From contig CAZNFB010000001.1 in the NCBI GenBank assembly GCA_964572105.1, positions 1 to 40,302 on the forward strand: a DNA stretch of 40,302 bases, read 5' to 3'. A program made the translations under genes and the position numbers. Each line of letters opens with the position of its first letter. Within the stretch, counting starts at the first letter, position 1. The notes below the pieces were generated by a model. The model was not told the origin of the DNA and did not search any database. It saw only the letters and a program-made list of their open reading frames with translations. This document shows positions 34,131 through 40,302 of the stretch, in pieces. The DNA is from an uncultured Desulfobacteraceae bacterium. GTDB taxonomy: Bacteria > Desulfobacterota > Desulfobacteria > Desulfobacterales > BuS5.

Positions 34131-35348
34131 ATGGCAATAAAAGGACCACTTAGCGGTATCCGTGTATTAGATCTCTCCCAGGCTCACGCCGGACCCTTTG
34201 GAACACAAATGCTCGGAGATATGGGAGCAGAAATAATTAAGATTGAATCTCCAGGCAGAGGTGATTTAATAAGAGCCCTTCCCCCCAAAATCAAAGGTGA
34301 AGGTTATTATACCCTGGCTTTAAACAGAAATAAAAAAAGTATCACCCTTGATCTTGCCACCGGTTCTGGAAAAAAGGCCCTCTTCGACCTGGCACGGATA
34401 TCTGATGTTATATTAAATAATTTCAGGGCCGGGACAATGGAAAAACTCGGTATTGATTATGAAAATATTAAAAAAACAAATCCCAAAATAATATACTGTT
34501 CCATTACAGGCTTTGGCCCCACCGGACCCTATAAAGACCGGATATCCATGGATGATGTTGCCCAGGGGCTGGCCGGTGCAATAAGTCTTTGCGGAGAGAG
34601 CGGCGGTCCTCCCATGAGACCCGGTATTCCTGTGGCAGATATTTCAGCCGGAATGTTTGCGGCAACCGGCATTATAACAGCTCTGTATGACCGTGAAAAA
34701 AAAGATGAGGGCTGTGAAATAAAAATTAACCTACTTAACTCAACGATGTTCTTGATGTCGAATCATTTCCAGAATTACTTCCTTTCCGGTAAGGCGCCAG
34801 GACCCCAGGGATATCGACATCCCATACTACCCTTTGCAGGATCATTTCAAACAAAAGATGGTTATATTATGCTTGGTGCGGTCTGGCCTTATATAACAAA
34901 AATTATAGGTATGGAATCCCTTGTTGATGACCCCAGGTTTAACACATCAGAAAAAAGGATTAAAAACAGAAATGAGATCGAGGGAATCATAGAGAAGGCG
35001 CTGCGTAAAGAAGATACCGCCCACTGGCTGAAACTTATGGAAAAAGAGGATCTTGCGGTTGCTCCGGTGAACACGTTGGATAAAGTTATAAAAGATTCCC
35101 AGGTAATACATAATAAAATCGTTGTCAATATGGAGCATCCTGTATGCGGGCCTGTACGGGCCATAGGGAATCCCATTTGCATGGGGGACAAGATACAGGG
35201 TGATCATGAGCCTTCACCCACGCTGGGACAACATTCCCAGGAGATATTAAAAGATATACTCTCCTATTCCGACGAACAGGTGAAAGAGCTTGACAGGGAA
35301 GCTTCTGCCCATAGTGAGGAGCTTACCAAACGATATAGAAAACTTTAA
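34131..35348 (+). CDS. Family III CoA-transferase (CaiB/BaiF/Frc family)
   Basis: GIRVLDLSQAHAGPFGTQMLGDMGAEIIKIESP, catalytic Asp context GIPVADISAG. AAGGAGG upstream. Confidence 0.9.
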   Translation: MAIKGPLSGIRVLDLSQAHAGPFGTQMLGDMGAEIIKIESPGRGDLIRALPPKIKGEGYYTLALNRNKKSITLDLATGSGKKALFDLARISDVILNNFRAGTMEKLGIDYENIKKTNPKIIYCSITGFGPTGPYKDRISMDDVAQGLAGAISLCGESGGPPMRPGIPVADISAGMFAATGIITALYDREKKDEGCEIKINLLNSTMFLMSNHFQNYFLSGKAPGPQGYRHPILPFAGSFQTKDGYIMLGAVWPYITKIIGMESLVDDPRFNTSEKRIKNRNEIEGIIEKALRKEDTAHWLKLMEKEDLAVAPVNTLDKVIKDSQVIHNKIVVNMEHPVCGPVRAIGNPICMGDKIQGDHEPSPTLGQHSQEILKDILSYSDEQVKELDREASAHSEELTKRYRKL

Positions 35349-35473
35349 GGGGCTTTAAAGAAAAATAGGGCCGTCTTTAATTCCAGCCATCTATGAGCTA
35401 TAATAAAATTAGAGAAACTCTGGCTCTTTGAGCGGAGCAAATTTCAGAGGTTTTTAAATTTTATTATACCTCA

Positions 35474-35577
35474 CAGGTGGTCAGATAATTACCCGGTTTT
35501 AAAATTTGCCTCAGGGACAAAGAGAGGAAGGCGTATTATAAGATAACCCTGTGAAATTATTTATGTGACAATCTATA
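35474..35577 (+). mobile_element. MITE-like repeat R1, copy E (internally deleted)
   Basis: Left caggtggtcagataattaccc aligns to tagatcgtcagagaataaccc. Then aaaatttgcc...gaggaaggcgtattata, followed by gtgaaattatttatgtgacaatcta+ta. The final A of the TA is the A of the ATG at 35577. Confidence 0.7.
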
Positions 35578-35990
35578 TGATAAAATTTAACGGAATATAT
35601 GAATGGAACGGTATAAAGAAAAAGCACAGCTTTGCCAGACCTGTGAACTGGTGGCCCGATTCCTGTCGTCTAACAATCATCGATTTGTCAGATAAAAATC
35701 CTGATCTGTATATGTTGAAACCTGTAATAGTTTTTGCAGCAGAAACAAAAAAAGGATATTTAACCGCAGGGAGGTACCAGGACTTTGTAAAAAGAATATG
35801 TAAAAACTTTGACTTGGACAAGGATAAAATTTTATGGATAGCATATCGTGTGGGGGAGCCTGACACAATGAAAGCGGCAAATTTTGTACCGGGCTCAAAG
35901 ATTGGTAATGAAGTCTTTTACTCTGTTAAGTGGCGAAATCTTATGCCCAATGAGATTAAAGAAATTAGCAGATTCCTGTCATTATTATAA
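35577..35990 (+). CDS. Hypothetical protein (orphan, no family recognised)
   Basis: Protein-like 137-138 aa ORF (MIKFNGIYEWNG...WWPDSCRLTIIDLSD...). No Shine-Dalgarno sequence. The ATG abuts the MITE terminal repeat. The ORF-track start at 35565 is a GTG inside the repeat. Confidence 0.4.
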   Translation: MIKFNGIYEWNGIKKKHSFARPVNWWPDSCRLTIIDLSDKNPDLYMLKPVIVFAAETKKGYLTAGRYQDFVKRICKNFDLDKDKILWIAYRVGEPDTMKAANFVPGSKIGNEVFYSVKWRNLMPNEIKEISRFLSLL

Positions 35991-36131
35991 GGAACGAAAT
36001 AGCTTGTCTTTTGACCCATCTACTTCGTTGTATCAAAGGCCGAAAACTATAAGTATGCAATCTTTAATTCGCCTTGTATATTGGCCAAAATCCTGCGCTA
36101 TTTCTGCTCAACTTATTTCATCTCCGTTCCT
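35990..36131 (+). repeat. Long-palindrome repeat R2, copy 2 (more decayed)
   Basis: Outer arms aggaacg (35990-35996, sharing the last A of the TAA stop) and cgttcct (36125-36131). The interior aligns position by position to copy 1. Confidence 0.65.
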
Positions 36132-36134
36132 AAA

Positions 36135-36185
36135 CTTTCAGTAAATTCTTTTAAGACTGTATATTATAAAATAATTTACTGAAAG
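36135..36185. terminator. Perfect 13-bp inverted repeat between convergent genes (possible bidirectional terminator)
   Basis: ctttcagtaaatt (36135-36147) and aatttactgaaag (36173-36185) with a 25-nt AT-rich loop. Lies between the plus-strand ORF/R2 and the stop of the minus-strand CoA-transferase. Confidence 0.4.
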
Positions 36186-36236
36186 TCCATGTGTGAACAA
36201 AATATAATTGCCATGGGCAAATAAAAAACAGAATTA

Positions 36237-37472
36237 TTACAAACTTTTATATGGGCTTGCAATGGGTGATTCTAATTTTGCCAGGGGTTTTTGATTGTCA
36301 GCTAATATTTTATCTATTTTATCACTGGAATAAGCTAAGCGTTCTTTTAATATTTTTATGGTATGTTCGCCCAAATTAGGGGGAGCTTCAGGTGTGCCTT
36401 TGATCTCTTCAGGAATTCTGAAGATGGATTTTAACGTATTATATTTTTCCCCGTTAACGCTCATTTCGCAGATCATATTATTATGTCTTATTTGCGGATC
36501 TTCAGTTAAATCTCTATAATTTTTAACATGACCACATGCTATATCATTTTTATCACGCATTAACTCAACCCATTGGTCAGTTGTTTTTGTAAGTAAAGCC
36601 TTTTCAAAATAATCTTCAAATTCTTTTCTGTTTTTTAATCTTGTTTCGGGATCCTTGAACTTTTCATCGGATATCATCCAGTCAAGCCCTGCAAGTTCAA
36701 TTATCAAAGAAGTATCAGCGGGGCCTATGGTCATAAAACTATCCTTTGTAGCATATATTCCGTAGGGATATGCGATTTTGTGACGGTTTCCCTGAAGCCC
36801 CGGCTCTTCACCTGTGAGTAGAAAACTTTGGATAAAAACCTGTTGAAAAAGGAGGAGAGAATCTAATAAGCTGGGGTCCAGCTTAACCCCTTTTCCGGTT
36901 TTTTCGCGGTTTAATAAAGCTGCAAGTACCATAAAAGCACTTAAAAATCCCCCGGATATATCGGCCAGGGGAACTCCCCCTGGTATAACAGGCGCTCTGC
37001 CCGGCTCTCCGGAAAGGCTAAGTATTCCGCTTTGACCACAGGCAATAATATCATAGGACGGATAATTTGCATAGGGCCCTGTCTCACCATATCCTGAAAG
37101 ATTACATCGAATAATAGCTGGATTTATTTTTTTCAGGGTTTCAAAATCTGTTTTTTGTCTTTTCATCACTCCGGCACGGTAATTCGATACAACAACATCA
37201 GATATTTTAACAAGATCGTAAAAAGCTTCCAGCCCGGATTCGGTCTGAAGATTTAATACCACACTCTGTTTATTTCGAGAAACAGATGTAAAATAATAGG
37301 ATTCTGGGGAAACCTTTGTTTCTCCCAATCTAAGCATGTCTCCGCCTGGGGATTCGATTTTGATAATTTCCGCTCCAAGGTCACCCAACAACATTGTCCC
37401 CATTGGCCCTGCAAGGGCCTGAGTTAAATCAATTATGCGAATACCGCTTAAAGGTCCTTTGGTAATTGCCAT
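36237..37472 (-). CDS. Family III CoA-transferase, paralogue of 34131..35348
   Basis: GIRIIDLTQALAGPMGTMLLGDLGAEIIKIESP, GVPLADISGG. AAGGAGG upstream. About 45 percent identical by eye to the other copy over the N-terminal 130 aa. Confidence 0.9.
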   Translation of the reverse strand: MAITKGPLSGIRIIDLTQALAGPMGTMLLGDLGAEIIKIESPGGDMLRLGETKVSPESYYFTSVSRNKQSVVLNLQTESGLEAFYDLVKISDVVVSNYRAGVMKRQKTDFETLKKINPAIIRCNLSGYGETGPYANYPSYDIIACGQSGILSLSGEPGRAPVIPGGVPLADISGGFLSAFMVLAALLNREKTGKGVKLDPSLLDSLLLFQQVFIQSFLLTGEEPGLQGNRHKIAYPYGIYATKDSFMTIGPADTSLIIELAGLDWMISDEKFKDPETRLKNRKEFEDYFEKALLTKTTDQWVELMRDKNDIACGHVKNYRDLTEDPQIRHNNMICEMSVNGEKYNTLKSIFRIPEEIKGTPEAPPNLGEHTIKILKERLAYSSDKIDKILADNQKPLAKLESPIASPYKSL

Positions 37473-37636
37473 TTTTCCTCCTTGGCTTTTGGATTGATAA
37501 TATGGGTAATAATTAATTTTTTTAAATTTACAAACAAATATTACAAAAATTATTAAATATGTGCAAAAACAACTAAACTGCCCTCACGCAAAGTTCTAAC
37601 CGGACACCACTAACGCCTGAATAATTACCTTTTATT

Positions 37637-39097
37637 TTACATCCATCCACCACCGAGAGCTTTATAAAGACTTATAAAGTTTAAGGTTATGGCTCCTTTT
37701 GAAAGGGCAAGCTTATCCTGGAGAGATTGCATGGCATACTGGGTGGTGAGCACATTATTAAAATCTACCAGGCCTGCTTTATATAGATCCATGGAAAGTT
37801 CATATGCCAAATTAGCTGCATTGGTGGCGGCTTTTAATAATTCTTTCCGTTGTTGTTCCTTTGCATAGGCAGTCAGAATATTTTCCACTTCTTCCAGGGC
37901 TTTTAATACTGTTTTTTCATATTGAATCAACGACTGTTCCTGTCGAATCGATTGGAGTTTGATTTTCTGACGAAGAGCTCCGGCATGAAAAATATTCCAT
38001 GAGATACCAGGGCCTAAACTCCATGCTCGGCTGGCAGTTGTTAAAAGATCCCCGGAGGAAATTGATTCAAGTCCGATGGTACCCAAGAGCCTGAATTTAG
38101 GATAAAGATCTGCTGTTGCAACACCTACCCCGGCGGTCATGGCTGCAAGATTACGTTCTGCCTGACGTATATCCGGCCGACGGCGCAAAGTTTCAGCAGG
38201 AACACCAACGGCAATTGCTGCAGGAGGTACCGGTATTAAACGTCTGATTTTCAATTCCCCATGAACTGCGCCAGGTGTTTCTCCAAGCAGTATTGCCAGA
38301 CGGTTTTTTGCCGCTTCCAACCCTGTTTGCAGTACGGGTATTAAAGAACGTGTATGTTCCAGGGTATAAAGTGATTCCTGCACAGCCAGTTCACTTATAA
38401 GTCCGGCCTTGCGCCGGGAACGGTTCAGCTCTAATATTTTTTTCTGTGTTCTGATATTTGTTTCAGCTATCGTCAATCGTCTCTGAAAAGTACGAACCTC
38501 CACATAATTCATTGCAACTTCGGCCTGAAGGGTTACCAGCACATCATGGAGACCATTTTGTGCAACCTCTATTTTTGCATCTGCCTCCTCAACTAAACGG
38601 CGTATTCCGCCAAAAATATCGAGTTCCCAGCCAGCGTCAAACCCTATTTTGTACAGGCTGTTTTCACTCCCATTCCCATTATTTTCACCGGCATGATATT
38701 TTTCAGCGGAAGCACCTGCATTTAGCAGAGGGGAAAATTTCGCTCCGCTGATACCCCGCACCGCTCTGGCTTCACGTATTCTGGACCTGGCTGTTTTCAA
38801 ATCTAGATTCCCCTTAACAGCACGTTTTTCAATGCTGGATAGTTCTGGATCATTTAAAGCTTTCCACCATGCAACCATGGTTTTAGTATCCTGGAAATCA
38901 GTATTTAACCCCCCTTCAAGCCGGGTGCTCCAGTTGTTAGCTGCTTTAGGCTCAATTTTGACATAATCGGGCCCCACAGTCATACAGCCTGAAAGATTTA
39001 TAAAAATAATGAAAAAAAGAGTTATAACTGTTACAGAGGAGTAAACACTGGCACCTCTTCGGCAATGGTGATGACTTTTAATTTTCATGGATCCCAT
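37637..39097 (-). CDS. RND efflux outer-membrane factor lipoprotein (NodT family)
   Basis: Lipobox LSGC. Two-repeat OEP architecture, PDIRQAE, C-terminal LYKALGGGW. Confidence 0.9.
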   Translation of the reverse strand: MGSMKIKSHHHCRRGASVYSSVTVITLFFIIFINLSGCMTVGPDYVKIEPKAANNWSTRLEGGLNTDFQDTKTMVAWWKALNDPELSSIEKRAVKGNLDLKTARSRIREARAVRGISGAKFSPLLNAGASAEKYHAGENNGNGSENSLYKIGFDAGWELDIFGGIRRLVEEADAKIEVAQNGLHDVLVTLQAEVAMNYVEVRTFQRRLTIAETNIRTQKKILELNRSRRKAGLISELAVQESLYTLEHTRSLIPVLQTGLEAAKNRLAILLGETPGAVHGELKIRRLIPVPPAAIAVGVPAETLRRRPDIRQAERNLAAMTAGVGVATADLYPKFRLLGTIGLESISSGDLLTTASRAWSLGPGISWNIFHAGALRQKIKLQSIRQEQSLIQYEKTVLKALEEVENILTAYAKEQQRKELLKAATNAANLAYELSMDLYKAGLVDFNNVLTTQYAMQSLQDKLALSKGAITLNFISLYKALGGGWM

Positions 39098-39207
39098 GGA
39101 TTTTTTATTTCGTAATTTTAAATTAAGTATAAAAAATTAATTCATAATTTGTAACTATTCATCGTAGCTGATTTAAGATACTCTGAATAATTACCATAAT
39201 TTTATAA

Positions 39208-40302
39208 TTAACGCTGACCAGCACGCCAGGCAGCCCCTTTTTCACGCAATGTTTGAAAAACATAGTAAGATACAGGGATGAAAAAAATACCTATTAAAAC
39301 CGATGCCAGCATGCCGAAAAATACCGTGGTTCCGATATGCCTGCGGCTGTTTGAGCCTGCTCCGGTGGCGATTACCATTGGCGCCAGTCCAAGCATAAAG
39401 GTAAATGTTGTCATCAGAACCGGCCTAAAGCGAATACGAGCCCCTTCCACAGCGGCGTTTGCCACGGACAAACCCTGCTTTCGTCTTTTTTGTGCAAACT
39501 CTACTATGAGAATAGCATTTTTACTGGATAGACCCACCAGGAGTACCAGGCCAATTTGTGCGTAAAGACTAAGATTTAACCCGGCCCAGCATAAAGCGGT
39601 CAGTCCTCCCACAATTGCCACGGGAATTGAAATTATAATAGATAATGGTATATTCCAGCTTTCATATTGCCCCACCAAAAAAAGATATGCGAAGAAAAGA
39701 GCAAACCCGAATAAAAACACAATATTGCCGGTGGTTTTTTGGGTCTGAAAGGATACCCCTGACCAGTCGTAGGAATACCCATCAGGAAGGGTTTCAGCTG
39801 CCACCTGCTTCATCGCTTCAATGGCATCCTTTGAGCTGTAGCCAGAATTTGTCCCACCGGTAATCTGAGCGCTGGTAAATTGGTTATAGCGTGACACAAA
39901 AGCGGGAGTCAAAACAGTGGACAGATTTATCAGGCTGGTCATGGGAACCATTTTATCATCGGTGCTTCGTACATGGAGCCGGTTGATATCCCCAATGGAA
40001 TCCCTGTGTGATCTATCTGCCTGAACCTTGACCTGGTAAACCTGACCTGAAAGGTTAAAATCGTTAACATATTGTGCGCCTAACTGCGTTTGCAGAGTTG
40101 AAAACACTTTGTCTGCCGATACATTAAGGGTTTCTGCCCTGGTCCGGTCAAGATCTACAAAAATTTGAGGGGTATTGGCGTTATAGGTGCTGAAAACCCT
40201 TGTAAGAACCGGGTTCTGGTTGGCGGCTATAATCATTGCTCTGGTTACAGCTGCAATTTCCAAAGGGGACTGGTTATTTATAGCCTGGAGACGAAAATCA
40301 AA
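39208..40302 (-). CDS. RND (AcrB/HAE1-type) inner-membrane efflux permease, C-terminal part; the gene continues beyond the window
   Basis: The reading frame stays open to the window edge; the M at 40263 is an internal TTG. C-terminal TM bundle with LVGLSSKNAILIVEFA and RFRPVLMTTFTF. Confidence 0.9.
   Translation of the reverse strand, partial: FDFRLQAINNQSPLEIAAVTRAMIIAANQNPVLTRVFSTYNANTPQIFVDLDRTRAETLNVSADKVFSTLQTQLGAQYVNDFNLSGQVYQVKVQADRSHRDSIGDINRLHVRSTDDKMVPMTSLINLSTVLTPAFVSRYNQFTSAQITGGTNSGYSSKDAIEAMKQVAAETLPDGYSYDWSGVSFQTQKTTGNIVFLFGFALFFAYLFLVGQYESWNIPLSIIISIPVAIVGGLTALCWAGLNLSLYAQIGLVLLVGLSSKNAILIVEFAQKRRKQGLSVANAAVEGARIRFRPVLMTTFTFMLGLAPMVIATGAGSNSRRHIGTTVFFGMLASVLIGIFFIPVSYYVFQTLREKGAAWRAGQR

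Noticed and set aside
1-35577. The R1 repeats considered as a CRISPR array or other regularly spaced array.
   Set aside because: Copies are kilobases apart, lie in both orientations, carry terminal inverted repeats, and have no regular spacing or cas genes. They are dispersed elements, not an array.
35884-36144. 86-aa ORF reading through repeat R2 copy 2, and minus-strand ORFs 35573..35866 and 35677..35898 opposite the orphan ORF.
   Set aside because: The R2 copy at 33848-34009 has no equivalent open frame, so the repeat is not coding. The minus-strand ORFs have non-protein-like sequences. The plus-strand 138-aa ORF is the better, though still uncertain, candidate.

Overview
AT-rich chromosomal window (GC not computed). 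Gene content suggests a Desulfobacterales-type deltaproteobacterium: sigma-54 activator, membrane pyrophosphatase, archaeal-type thiolase/DUF35 genes and many acyl-CoA enzymes. That taxonomic guess is inference only. I support 38 protein genes, one tRNA-Gln, a few terminators and one promoter. Genes lie in three strand blocks: minus 1-12936, plus 13239-35990, minus 36237-40302.

Most content is ordinary:
- a two-component module with a sigma-54 activator
- split purH
- a complete mlaEFDCA operon
- serA
- the conserved ispE / tRNA-Gln / prs / rplY / pth string
- hppA, carD and rluD
- an RND pump with its outer-membrane factor

I recognised no CRISPR array, transposase, integrase, reverse transcriptase or known defence gene.

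Structure not explained by ordinary annotation:
1. A roughly 120-bp MITE-like element. It has perfect 10-12 bp terminal inverted repeats (TAGATCGTCA...TGACGATCTA), TA flanks and an internal hairpin. There are 5 clear copies and 1 degenerate copy, almost all wedged against gene boundaries.
2. A second 140-160 nt long-palindrome repeat in 2 copies, each starting at or inside the stop-codon region of a plus-strand gene.
3. An orphan 138-aa ORF between two convergent paralogous family-III CoA-transferase genes. It is bracketed by one copy of each repeat, and its ATG overlaps the MITE end.
4. An acyl-CoA cluster: a HadAB-like hydratase pair, a small Cys-rich ORF, an HMG-CoA-synthase-like/DUF35 fusion that appears to lack the catalytic Cys/Glu/His, and an SCP-x-type thiolase.
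5. A divergent two-subunit B12 acyl-CoA mutase next to a 640-aa radical-SAM/PDZ/DUF512 protein.
6. A eukaryote-type (class 2, LSESS proenzyme) S-adenosylmethionine decarboxylase homologue.

All functional calls rest on motifs I recognise by eye. No database search was run.
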